Assembly: GCA_951406725.2 (NCBI GenBank)
Contig: OX597814.1
Location: 204,042,001-204,106,000, forward strand
Reading direction: 5' to 3'
Source: Octopus vulgaris
Taxonomy: Eukaryota
DNA length: 64,000 nt
Under the pieces are notes generated by a model. The model did not search any database. It saw nothing but the letters and a program-made list of their open reading frames with translations, and had not been told where the DNA came from. Below, piece after piece: positions 1 through 11,940 of the stretch (the first letter of the stretch is position 1; each line of letters begins with the position of its first letter). The translations under genes were made by a program, and so were the position numbers.

Positions 1-759
1 GTATTTAATTAGTCCAGACCAATCTATACTGGTGTTTAACGAATCTAAATCTACGTAGGTGCATGTCTACTTAATTACCTCATCAACAGTCTGCTCACAT
101 TAGCCTGGTTTGGCACCAACTACAGGTGCTTTGTTTACAACAATAGAATGTTAGTCATGGCTAGAGATTGCTAAAACAAAGGCTAAATCTAGATTCATGT
201 TAATACACACTCATTCATGGTCCTTTCAGTAAATGCCAATTTTCTGGCTTAACTTTAAGTTATAATTTTATAGCCCCAAGACCAAGTCTGATTCATCTAC
301 ATTTAGTATGGTAATAGTCACATTAGCATATCACCAGATACCAAAGGGTCATATTTGAAATTTTTATGTATTATAGATTTATTTAATGTCTGTTTTTTAT
401 ATGATATAATTAGACATATTATTGCAGCTGGATGCTTTTCCTGCCACTCATCTGTAACTGTTTTGCAAGTAAGATCTTCACAGATCTTCAAAGGTAGACA
501 ATTACAGAAACACACACACATACATAAACATACACACAAACATATACACACAACAGGCTTCCTTTTAGTTTTTATCTACTAAACAGAATTCAAGGCTGAT
601 TGTCTGGGACTGGATGCTCTTGCTGCAACCAAGATATTTTCCCTCATGACTGGACATATTTTTATGGAAGAATGGAAATGAAGGACACCATTTGTATGAT
701 AACTCATTTACAGTTACCATGCAATGTAAAAGTAAGGATACACACATACACAACAGAAA

Positions 760-1572
760 TCTATATATATAAAAGAGAGATTCTGTCCGTTTGTGTTTGT
801 TTGTCCCATAAAATGGAAGTAAATGGTTCAAGGGAGGCAACACTAATTGTGCACAATCCTATGACGAACTGCATTGAGGCAAATATTCTCACTGGTTGTG
901 GTGAATGTGACACCGTTTTCGTTTCTCGCACTAGTTGTACCATCTAATGTCCCATTCAAATTTAAGCCCTTATAGTTTCCTATCCCACTTTCTTTTGCCA
1001 CGAGCATTGATAAAAGTCATGGCCAAACACTGAAAGTTGCTGGATTGCAACTTGAAGAACAAACAGAAGTTTGTATATGAAATGCATTTTTTTTTTCTAC
1101 TTCAATTATTACATGTTTTTCTCTTATAGAATAAACACATACAGGAGAAGTAAACCTAAATCTGACTGACAGGACACAACATTTGTAATTTCATTTCACT
1201 ATTACTGATATTCCTAATCAAAAAAATGTCTACTAAAAAAAGACCACCAAACAAACCCACGACATGCAATGCTTTGTCTATATCTCCTATTATGCTATTG
1301 CCTAATTTGTCTCAACCAAAATTATGCAATGGTACAACGCTAATTGTGCATTGACAATAATACATACAACTCACTTATTATTTTCATATAATGAATGAAG
1401 AGAAGTTCATGTATGAAATTGATCTTTTTTCTACTTCAAGTATTACATATTTTTCTCTGATAAAAATACACACATACAGGAGGAGTAAATTATATATATA
1501 ATAATACTTTGAATGTGACTCCTGAGAAACAGTAAAAGTAATTACCCAATCAACGATGAGTATTACTGCTAG
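760..1572 (+). mobile_element. Non-autonomous, internally deleted Helitron carrying Pif1-like helicase C-terminal fragments
   Basis: Termini are A|TC(TATATATAT) at 759/760 and CTAG|T at 1569-1573, with a decayed subterminal hairpin. Translations 'NCIEANILTGCG..VFVSR' (~865-930), 'PFKFKPL*FPIPLSFATSIDKSHGQTLKVAGLQLEE' (~950-1060) and 'SPIMLLPNLSQPKLCNGTTLIVH' (~1283-1350) match the Helitron helicase motifs PIMLLRNL..LCNGTRL and FPxRLxFAMxINKSQGQTL. Confidence 0.85.
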
Positions 1573-1869
1573 TATGATAATAAAAGTAACCATGATAGTT
1601 GTAAACAAATATCATCTTCATGCCAGCAGTGTCCATTTCCAATAAACATAAATATATATAGAGAGAGAGAGCAAGCGCACACATGAAGACAGAAAGTATT
1701 GCTGAGGATGTTACAGATGTGTAATGAAAGATTTCCAGATAATGGACACGAGTTAGAATAAGAACAGTAATAAATGAGTGAAGAAATAATAGTGCTTGTG
1801 TTTATTTTGGAAAAAAAAAAAAAAAAGATCATCCTGAAATACAACTATATATATATATATATATATATA

Positions 1870-2410
1870 TAGGTAAACAGTAAAAATAATTACAGACATG
1901 GACAAGAACATGAAACACCACAGAGACGACACAAGAACCACAGGACGGGACATTCGAAGCCCTCAGTCATCAGTCAAGAACCAGATCATCTTAGCAATTT
2001 CGGCTGATTAATCTTGAGATTGCTCCGATATGGGCAGCCCGCCAAGGGAAATCTAAGCCAAGCGCATTAGATCCCCTGGAAGAAAGCTTCGAATGTATAC
2101 AACACAAGGACGGAAAACGAACGAAGTACACGAACAAAAATACAGAATACGTGACACCAATAAGAATACAAAAACGTAAAAACAATAACGGTAAAAATAA
2201 AAAATAAACAACAAAACAAAACCAGGACGTAGGACAAGGGTCTTTCGACAGGACGAGTTGAGTATGGGGCTGGCTTATGAAGTTGTGCCTAATGGGCGCA
2301 TATATATATATATTATATTATATGTGTGAGTAAACGAAATAAGGGCACTAAACTCCATTGGCCGAAGACTAGCCAGGCAGAGTACCCAAGATTCTGAATC
2401 AAACTGTTTT
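1870..2410 (-). mobile_element. Unclassified CpG-retaining interspersed repeat inserted in (TA)n; probable retroelement terminal region carrying a ribozyme-like motif
   Basis: Many more CpGs than the flanks, bounded and split by (TA)n/(TG)n tracts, no ORF. Contains the hammerhead-like motif at 1963-2024. Confidence 0.5.
1963..2024 (-). ncRNA. Candidate hammerhead ribozyme, non-circularly permuted (pseudoknotted) arrangement
   Basis: Minus strand reads AGCAAU-C-UCAAGA uuaa UCAG-CC-GAA-AUUGCU aagaugaucuggu UCUUGA-CUGAUGA-CUGA. It has an intact CUGAUGA (1973-1967), GAAA (2001-1998) and AUC triplet (2020-2018). Stem III AGCAAU/AUUGCU is 6 bp, stem I UCAAGA/UCUUGA 6 bp, stem II CUGA/UCAG 4 bp with a CC insert before GAAA. 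Confidence 0.65.
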
Positions 2411-2413
2411 GAG

Positions 2414-2468
<55 letters not shown>

Positions 2469-2479
2469 TATTACTAATA

Positions 2480-3110
2480 TACTGTGTGATTGTGAAGTTT
2501 GCTTTCCAACCACAGGGCTTAAAGGCTTAGTCCCACTACACAGGAACTTAAGCAAGTGTCTTCTACTATAGCCCCCAGATCAAGCAAAACCTTGTGAGTG
2601 GGCCTTGTAGATGGAACTTAAAAGAAGCCTATCATGTAGGTATGTATTTGAGAGAGAGAGAGAGAGAGTGTGTCCCCTGGCTTTTACATTATATAATAGC
2701 TGTAAACAAATGTTACTGTCATGCAAACAATGTCTATTTCCAATATTCTGTGAAAACATGTCTAGCCATAGAGAAATATTCCCTTACTGGGAAATAAGTG
2801 AGGGGCAGTGACATGAAAGGTATTCTACTTTGGAAAATCTGCCTCAAAAAATTCTGTAACACACTTGCAAACATGAAAAAGCAGACATTAAAAAAGTCTC
2901 TCTCTCTCTCTCTCAACATCACATGAATGTTGCATAAGACATCATTCATTTCCTATGTTCAGCAGAAATGTGTCTGGCCTAGGGAAATATTACTTTACTT
3001 GGAAACAGGTTGGAAACAGGAAGAGCATCCAACCATAGACAATCTATCTCAATAAACTGTCCAAACTATGCAAGCATGAAAAAGTGTACATTAAAACAAT
3101 GATGATGATG
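2480..3110 (+). mobile_element. tRNA-derived SINE (family A head) with partly duplicated body and RTE-like 3' tail
   Basis: Decayed head similar to 42807-42960, an (AG)n insert, the body segment 'gaaatatt..cttactggg/ttggaaa' present twice (~2750-2890 and ~2965-3110), and an end in 'gcaagcatgaaaaagtgtacattaaaacaatgatgatgatg'. Confidence 0.65.
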
Positions 3111-4087
3111 AATATACACTAATTCATTATCAAATACAATACTAATTACAATTTCAGACATGTTCACTCTGCATGCTTTAAAGTCATTATTTTATTCAAA
3201 CTTTATTAATAGCCATATTTTCAACAGACTAAAATATTCAAATACAAAATTAGAAGCAAATAAATAAGCGTTTATTAAAGAATATCTTGGATTAAACACC
3301 AAGTTGAATTTTTCTTTTTTTCTTTTCCATTAAAAGGAACTGTTTTAACGAGAAGAATTGCCATCAAATCTATAAGTGAGAATTTATGAAACAAGGCGCC
3401 ATTATTGGAGACTGATTTAGCCATCAACAGTGGTTCTGAATTTTTTCTAACTTTCTTTCAACATTCCATTATTCTACATTAATTTTAATTATATTCAACT
3501 CAATATCTGACAAAACTAAAGAATAAATCCTTAATCTTAATTAAAGAAAAGATACAATTTCTTAAAAATCAGTTCTAGACTAATAGTTCTGTTTTATGTG
3601 AGAAATAGCCGCCAGAAAGAAAAGCGAGACTTCAGTTTGATTTGTGCAATAAGTACCATCATCATCATTTTAACACCTACTTTTCCATCCTAGCATGGGT
3701 CAAACTTTCTATGATCAGGTGCCCTTCCTGACACCAACCCTTACCCATTTCCAATCAAAGTAACATTACCTCACAACCAGACATTTTCACAGCAGACTGG
3801 AAACAAACGGCACCATTTGTATGAAGGTGATGCTCATCCTCAATGTTGTATGATGTCAAAACAAGGAGGCACCTACAGACAACAGTCTTTTAGTTTCTGG
3901 TCCAGTGGGTATAGAAGAAGGCACATGCCCAAGGTGCTAACAGTGGGATTAATCCTAAAACCCCACAGTTGAGAGGCAAACTCCTTAACCCCACAGTCAT
4001 GCCTGCTCCTATGTAACAGTAAAATAAAATTTAAAACAAAGAAAACCTTCAGAATTATTTTTATTTTTTACCAGTTTGAAGACTTAC

Positions 4088-4170
4088 TGAAAGTATTGCT
4101 TGTCTAAGTTTTACTGTATTCTTCAAATGGATGTGATTTGAGTAAAGGTTGCATAAAAAGAAAACCATCA
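4088..4170 (-). other. Candidate exon of a minus-strand host transcript (83 nt)
   Basis: Minus strand: atgatttcAG|TGATGG...CTTTCA|GTAAGT. One frame is open (MVFFLCNLYSNHIHLKNTVKLRQAILS) and another reads DGFLFMQPLLKSHPFEEYSKT*. No recognisable homology. Confidence 0.45.
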
Positions 4171-4261
4171 CTGAAATCATATCCAAGTGAGGAATGCTCA
4201 AGTTAACATGAATCTTTAAGTCATTTATTCACTCACATATGCACATCTATCTATCTATATA

Positions 4262-4392
4262 TATAATAATAATGTTTTTTTTGCAACAAGTTGCTTAACC
4301 ACATACCGAAAATTTTAGAAATAGCAGCCAAAAGACTAGTAGTCTTTTGGCTGCTATTTCTAAACTTGTTGCAAAAAACCCTTATTATTATA
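4262..4392. repeat. Nested inverted repeat / long hairpin
   Basis: Perfect 25-bp arms 4314-4338 / 4340-4364 with a 1-nt spacer. Outer arms are 4277-4292 / 4363-4378 and 4262-4272 / 4382-4392. Confidence 0.9.
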
Positions 4393-4484
4393 ATTATATA
4401 AATTTTTACCGAAATACTACTAAGTGAAATTTGTTGATTTTATTAAATTAATTATATTTAACCCTCTATCTATCTATCTATGTA

Positions 4485-4532
<48 letters not shown>

Positions 4533-5498
4533 ACACACACACACATACATTTCTACTTTTTGCCAAGGTGCCAGGAAAAAAAGCAATTTAATCACCTCCA
4601 GTATATTACTGGTATACATTTTATTAATTCTGAAAGCGTAAAGAAGAGAGAGGCAAGACCACATGAACTTCTACTCAGACTAACGCCCTACCACATTAGA
4701 TGCTGCAATAAGTCTTTACCCCCCTGCATTATCTCCTCCACTTTTTCCCCCATGTCTGCACAAATATAACAACAGTGTCGCAACATGATTCAAAGCTTAT
4801 TATTTGACAATATAGCAGAGAGCTGATTTTTTTTTTCCTCTAAGAAAGCTTCAAAGACAGGGCTAGCCCCAGTTTAAGGCTGCAAGATGATTATTTTAGC
4901 AGCATACTTTTATAATAGTAAAGTCTCACATAAAAAATAAAAAAAAAGAAAGAAAATGATAAAACAAAGACATGCAAAAGGGGGAATATTTGATCTGCAA
5001 GGATGAATCTGTTTTTCTGGGAGTTTCTCTCTTCCATCTCTTCTCTTTTTTTTTTTTTTTTTTTTTTAGGGAGGGGATCAAAGAAATTGATATTTAAGTC
5101 TCTTCTAGAATGCTATTTTTAACAACATGATTAATAATAAACTTATCTGGTTTCTCCAGTTTTTTTAACGATAAAAACTGTGGTTTCATGTATAATGTTA
5201 ACATTACGTCAAGAATGGCCTTCATTATGTACACCACAAAACAATAGAATGGTGTGATGTGTGAAAGATTAAAAGAGGGAATATGATAAACAGACATCAT
5301 TAGTCACAGTATTGATAAAAAAAAACGCATTGATTATTTTGTTTAAAATTACAAACTTCACTGAAAATTGAGTAAGGAGGGGGAGAGAGCAAAGGGGAAA
5401 TAGGAAGAGATAATTCAAAATTCTAATTGAATGCAGTAATTAGTCAGTAATAACCAAACTTATTTCATAAGATATGAATTAAATTATAAACCACATAC

Positions 5499-5590
5499 CA
5501 AGAGATGATAATAATTCTGTTCAGAAAACCAAGAGGTAAAACTTTAATCCATACATATTTCAGACTTACCTAAAAACAGAAAAGAAACAA
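5499..5590 (-). promoter_or_regulatory. Candidate recursive splice site (ratchet point) with cryptic 71-nt RS-exon
   Basis: Minus strand ttgtttcttttctgtttttAG|GTAAGT (junction 5570/5569), with a downstream cryptic donor TTG|GTATGT at 5499/5498. Confidence 0.5.
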
Positions 5591-5672
5591 ATTTATTTAA
5601 ATATTAAATTATTAAACATAATTATAACAATTTATAATATCACAAATTACAATTACATATAACATAATATAT

Positions 5673-5955
5673 ATCATCATCATCATCATTTAGCGTCTGC
5701 TTTCCATGCTGGCATGGGTTGGACGGTTCAACTGGGTCTAGGAAGCCAGAAGGCTGCACCAGGCCCAGTCTGATATGGCAATGTTTCTACGGCTGGATGC
5801 CCTTTCTAACGCCAACCATTCTGTGAGTGTAGTGGGTGCTTTTTACATGCCACCGGCACAGGTGCCAGACGGGGCTGGAAAACGGCCACAATCAGATGGT
5901 GCTTTTTACGTGCCACCGGCACGAGGACCAGGTGAGGCTGGCAATGGCCATATGA
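5673..5955 (-). mobile_element. RTE-clade LINE 3' UTR fragment with (GAT)n tail
   Basis: Starts with (ATC)n then 'tttagcgtctgctttccatgctggcatggg'; it is the reverse complement of the 3' end of the RTE copy at 41058-41908. Confidence 0.75.
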
Positions 5956-7342
5956 TTAAAACAAATAATTATGCACAATTAAAACAAGTTATAATTATCT
6001 TAGCTTTTGGACTGCAACCATGCTGGGACACAGCCTTAAGGCTTTGGTCAAACAAACAGGCCCCAATATTTTATCAGGTCTCTTTTACCGAATTATTAAG
6101 TTACCAGAATGTAAACAAACCAATACCAGTTGCCAAGCAGAACAGGATAAGGACAAAGACACACACACACACTTGCACAGCAGGCTTCCACACAGTTTCA
6201 GGATCAAATTCACTCATAAGGCATTGGCTGGCTTGAGGCAGAAAACAGTGGGACTTAACTCAAAACCATGAGGTTGCAAAGCAGAAGTTTCTTAACCACA
6301 CAGCCATGCCAGTGTATTATATATAATTATAACAAATTATGATATGTATATACGTGTTCAACAAGTACATTAACCACAGAAGATGTACACATAGCTGAAC
6401 CATATTGAGTTATGAGACTTAACCAAAAGCAACTGAAGTATGTGTATTTTTATTGTTGCATCAAGGAGATTGGGATTGTCTAATCCTTGAGTATATTTGC
6501 AGCCCACACATAAATCAATATAGATCACATGTAATGATTTCATGAAAGCCAAGGTTTTGGGGGCATTTTTGCAACATCATTTGGAATATTATCACAGAGT
6601 CGTAACAGTATTAGATGGTTGACATCAATGCTTCACTGTAGCTTCTAAAGCCAAGATTTTTTTTTCACTCTTTCATGAATGTATTTCCTATAAGTAAATT
6701 GGCAATGTTTTTCTATAAATTTCCAATATAATGAAAATTTCAGAAAGTTTTGTCTAATAACTGCAACTTTATACATCCTTAAATATCATGCCGGTATTGA
6801 CAAATTGAAGTTTCACAATATCATTTATGTTAAGCGATATTAATATAAATACGAGCACTTTGTTATGGTCTCAAGCAGGTTGGTTTTAAAAGGATTAAAT
6901 AGCCAATATTGGGCTCTCTGAGCTCAAATCATGCCAACGTCAACTTTGCCTTTCATAGTCAATAAAAAAAATAAAGGCAGTAATCAAACTGGCAGATTGG
7001 CAAAACTGTAGGAATGATCAGATACATTGCAGTGTCACTCCCAACACTTTGTATTTTGAGTTCAAATCCTACCATAGACTTAATCCACCACCCAATTTAA
7101 CACCAGCACCTGGCACTTTGGATGTCTTTGGTGGAATCCACTATGTTGCAGGCATTTGGGCCATGTCTTTGGTCTAAAGATACCTTCCTTCCTACCTCCT
7201 TCCCTCTCATTCACCAATCTCAGTGACCCCAAAAAGGATCATAGGGACTACCCTTCACTTCCCCACAAAAAGATTATAAAAAGGAAGTGGGGGACACAGG
7301 GCTATGCACCATTTTGTTATCTTGGAAGATGGTGAGAATAGC

Positions 7343-7578
7343 TTAACCCTTTTGTTACCATATTTCAGTTGAAATATGCTGCCTTTATTGCGGTTAATTT
7401 TGAAAATATGAAAGAAGTTATGAAAATAACCCATTAATATGCAGGTATTTGGAAAATAAAGTAGCATGAAATTTTTATGCAAGTGCTTTTTTTTTTATTT
7501 GGATCACTTTAAAACAAGAAGTTTGTACTGTGGATCAAAATTCCCAAGCAGGTTAGTATAAAAACTAAAAAGGGTCAA
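7343..7578 (+). mobile_element. Decayed piggyBac-type TTAA MITE
   Basis: Left end TTAA-CCCTTTTGTTAC, degenerate right end 'aaaaagggtcaa'; interior resembles 20557-20777 and 51421-51606. Confidence 0.55.
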
Positions 7579-8527
7579 GTAAAATGGATTCCACACAGCC
7601 TGAAGATGAGCTGTATGTGATTGTGTCTGCTCAACTTGCTAGAAATAAATCAAATATCCCACACATCACATATTACCATCTTAAATACAGAAAGAAAAAA
7701 AAGAACATGACAGCAGTGACATGGCTGAAACGAGTAAAAAAAATGAAACACAGTCTGAGGAACAATATTCCTCCAAAAAAAATTCCTGGATGGTCATGGC
7801 ATAAATGAACTCAAGCAGGGTTAACTTGGGGTTAAACAACAACATGAACACCATAAACAACAATATGAAAACCATATAACCATCAGATTTTTCTTTAACT
7901 CACTACAAAATTAAATCAGATAGGGAGAGGAGCAAAATTGCTGAAATTATAAAAACATTAGTTAGTCTTTTTAATTGCATCTGTCATCTACTGATACTTG
8001 AGATCAATAAATTAGAACCATTATTCAAAATAGTAACTCCAAATACATTGATTATTACTGTAATCAATCCATATAAATTTTATTTTTGTTTCAATACACA
8101 CATTATATAATATGTAATGCATGGCCAGCCAAATAACTATTACACCTTTTGGGTTTGAAAACCATACAAGTGGATTATCACGCCCCATTAGGAGGTGATA
8201 GAGTAATGATAATGATATTAGGAAAGATACTATTTTAGTATCATCATCATCACCATCAGGCTATAAAATCTATTTTCATATAAATGTGTAGAAATTATTC
8301 ATGAACTTGACAAATATCAAAAATTTCTAAATCTAAACAAAATATTCCCCTGGCATTTGCAACAATCAATTTCTAAAATTACATGCTTGCTGAACCCTTC
8401 ACTGTAGTGAGAAAGAAGAAGTGAGAAAAATATTTATTTGAAAGCAGGATTCTATATTATTTCTGAATTCTGAAATAGGAAATCATTCAGTTCCCTTGTA
8501 TTATATATTGTGATCGTTAGTGAACGT

Positions 8528-8780
8528 TTGAAGGCCTAGTGGTTAGCGTGTTAGGCCTGTGATCATTAATCTGATTCCTGGATAGGGAATCATGTGCCCT
8601 TGAGCAAGGCACATAATTCCTCATTGCTCCAGTTTCATTAAATGAAATGAGTACCTGCAAAGTACTGGTACAAACTCTCTCTTCTTTTCCACGGGGTCAA
8701 AAGGTTGGGAGGGCCAAGAGTGTGTCTATGTCTGTTCACAACATTAAAGAATTAGTGAAACCATGGTACATAGTTACTAA
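8528..8780 (+). mobile_element. tRNA-derived SINE (family C), decayed
   Basis: Head 'ggcctagtggttagcgtg' and CORE-like 'gtgcccttgagcaaggcac' are shared with 10085-10405, 48368-48635 and 52030-52320. Confidence 0.6.
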
Positions 8781-9373
8781 ACTTTCTTTTCTGAGTGTGA
8801 GTCATATACGGATTACAATTCAGAAAAGTAAATAAAGATAAATTTGTGTCATTCAAAAGCATAAAAATCTCTAATAATCATATTCTAGTCATCTGATAAA
8901 ACAATATAAAGTGAGTTCTCATACAAGATTTATATTTCATTATGTTAGAGTAAAGCTAGACATGACCATGTAGTTAAGAAGATCACTTTCCAATCACACA
9001 ATTTCAGGTTCAATCTCACTGCAGTACAGATTGGAAAAGTGTCTTCAACCATAGACCTAGGCCAACTAATACCTTGAGAAAGAACCATGTAGACGAAACA
9101 GTATGGAAATGTGTGCATTTGTGTGGTGCTTTACATGAGAAACAGCAACAAGCTACAAATGGTGTTTGATGACATTTTCTATCAAGAAGTCCCTTACTTG
9201 GAAAACAACAGAAGGATGGATCAGCAACAGAAAGGGTATGTGGCTGCAAAACAATGTCTCAGTAATCACATGACTGTCAGCATGGGGCAGAGGGGAAATG
9301 GACACAAATGAAGGAACAAGTCTAACACAGCACACCATAAAGTAACAGATTAAAATGAGGTGAATACACTCAC

Positions 9374-9399
9374 CAAAATTTATTCTCATCAATAGCATT
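9374..9399 (-). other. Candidate 26-nt micro-exon of the minus-strand host transcript
   Basis: Minus strand: ttaatacttttacAG|AATGCTATTGATGAGAATAAATTTTG|GTGAGT, near-consensus acceptor and donor. Reads NAIDENKF or MLLMRINF. Confidence 0.5.
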
Positions 9400-9798
9400 C
9401 TGTAAAAGTATTAACCCATTAATAAAACAAATCTAATTGAATCCGATAAGACGAGAAATATATCTTAATTAGCTCAGTAGTAATCCCCATAGTGCTACTA
9501 CTAGACTAATTAGCTGTGAAGTAATCCCCATGGTGCCTGTGCCAGTCCACACTTAGTATTCAAGTAGATACCTAGTGATAGGACTAAGGAGTTTGCAGGA
9601 CTGAGCTAGTCAATATACAAAGTTTTGTATTACATTTCTGGCATTATACGTGATCAAATAGGGTGTTTAAGATGACATTCACTGCTATGGTACTTCATAT
9701 CACGTATCTTTAGCAACAATTTAGTGTTAATAGATTATGTATGCTAATACTACATAAACTAGCTAAAGCAATTATTTAGATGTTTAGAATAAGACATG

Positions 9799-9836
<38 letters not shown>

Positions 9837-10084
9837 TATACATACCATCAACAGCCAAATAATAGATATATATTATTTGAGAGCAGAATAAAACAGGAGA
9901 TTTTATATGTCTTTTTATTATAACATTATAAATTATAAAAACTCTATTAATTTTCAAAAGAGAACGGAAAGACAAATTAGGTTAAGTAACTGATTGGATA
10001 TACATGGAATGCTAAGAATCATTGGTTAATTGCTATGCTATATCATTCAAAATAGCAGTTCATATATCTATGTATGTATAAAAT

Positions 10085-10405
10085 TGGTGCTCCATTGGTT
10101 ATGACAAGGGTTCCAGTTAATCCAATCAATGGAACAGCCTGCTCATGGAATTAATGTACAAGTGGTTGAGCACTCCACAGACATGCTTACTCTAAATGTA
10201 GTTATCAGGGAGATTCAGTGTAATGCAGAATGCAACAAAACTGACCCTCTGAATTGCAAGTACAACTCATTTTTACTAGCTAAGTGGATTGGAGCAACAT
10301 GAAATAAAGTGTCTTGTTCAAGGACACAATGCATCACCGGGAATCAAACTTACGACCTTATGATCTTGAGCCAAATACCTCTAACCACTAAGTCACACAC
10401 TTTCA
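10085..10405 (-). mobile_element. tRNA-derived SINE (family C), near full length
   Basis: Minus-strand head with A-box-like 'tgacttagtgg' and B-box-like 'agtttgattccc', followed by CORE-like 'gtgtccttgaacaagacacttt'. Confidence 0.7.
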
Positions 10406-11449
10406 CTTCTCTGTGTGTATGTGTGTGTGCACGCACATGCATATGAAAATATATATTATATAGATACACACACACATATACAGAATATCTATGAAGTAGA
10501 CAAATTAATTTTGGCTAAAACACAATTACTCTTCATGCATCAACCATACAACAGATGGAATTATTAGGCCTGCTCTTTCAACCAATGAAAATATACCAAT
10601 CTCCAAACATCCTTTTGAAATAGAAAACCATATTGTTGAAGAGGAAATACTTTAAGAGAGGAAATATTATTTAAGTCAAAATGTGGTTCACTGAATAGCA
10701 GAATGACATTAATAATTTGTTCTACTGAAACAAACAGGAATTGGTCAAAGTATGAAAGTTAACTCACTAACATTAACTACCCAGCACTCATTCAGGTGAT
10801 TCTAATTAATAAAAAAAAAAAAGAGGAGTGGGGGATATCTCCCACTGACATTAATACATTGTAAAAACAACCATTTTCCAAATAAACCTTTGCCTTCCTG
10901 TCTTGTTATATTTTCAGTTAGTTTTGTTTCAGAACAGTTAAAACATTTGGCCCCCAAATACGTGGTAACACACTATTAAATAAGCATTTTATTCCAGATT
11001 AGGTCGGAGGAAACTAAAAGAGCAGAAGTAATTGCCAGAGATCATGCAGTTGAAGTTCAGTTTCTGCTTGATAAAATTTAATCCAAACCATACAAATATT
11101 TCATAGCCAATTGATTCTTGCTGATAGATTCATTCAATAAATACACCATTAAACAGCAGACATTTATGACAAATGCAGTTTTGAAAAGAAATACAGATTT
11201 ATTGATGAGAGAATTGCATTGTTATGAAACAAACATTCAGTCTACATAGTAAGATCATGTTTATTCCACCTACACACTGCTTCATCAAGCATTTTCACCC
11301 CCCACATCTCATTCCCTTTCACTCACCACTTGTCTATCTATGGAACTATTTGGCTGCTGTAGTCACGGCAGCCAAATAGAAAACTAGGCAAATAGAAACT
11401 GTATAGAAGTGTACCAAAACAGATTGTAACCATAATTAAAAAAGCACAG

Positions 11450-11940
11450 CCTTGTCACAGAATGTCACATTGGTTATACATGAGAATTACATTAAGGATA
11501 CATGTATTTTTGGAATACTCAGCCACTATTCCAAAAATATATTTGATGTATACATCAACCAATTGGAAGAAATGATGAATGAACTTGCAATTAAACAACT
11601 GAGATTGGTCAATAGAGACAGGCCAATTCTCTTGCAAGACAATGCTCGACATGTTGCACAAAAACGCTACTCAAGTTACAGAAATTGAACTTAGTACTGT
11701 TATCCACCATATTCATGAGACCTTGCATCATGTTTTTCAAGCATTAGACAACTTTCATGATTTCATCACTTCTTGCTCTCTAGAATTCTTCAGTGCTGGC
11801 ATAAATAAGCTACCAATAAAAGGGCAAAATTGTGTTGATAATTTAGGCACACACTTTGATTAACTGCACTGCTTTTTGTTGAGATAAAGTAAAATAAACC
11901 AAGTTCAAAATCAGACATTTCATTCTTAATGACCACATAT
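11450..11940 (+). mobile_element. Mariner transposon 3' relic (pseudogenised transposase)
   Basis: 'YINQLEEMMNELAIKQLRLVNRDRPILLQDNARHVA', a decayed HPPYSPDLA motif ('ccaccatattcatgagaccttgca') and C-terminal 'FFSAGINKLPIKGQNCVDNLGTHFD*' match mariner DD34D transposases. Confidence 0.85.

Noticed and set aside
5775-6236. 153-aa ORF with repeated 'GAFYxPPA' (also 31907-32230, 41983-42411)
   Set aside because: Antisense reading of the RTE 3' UTR tandem units, not a gene.
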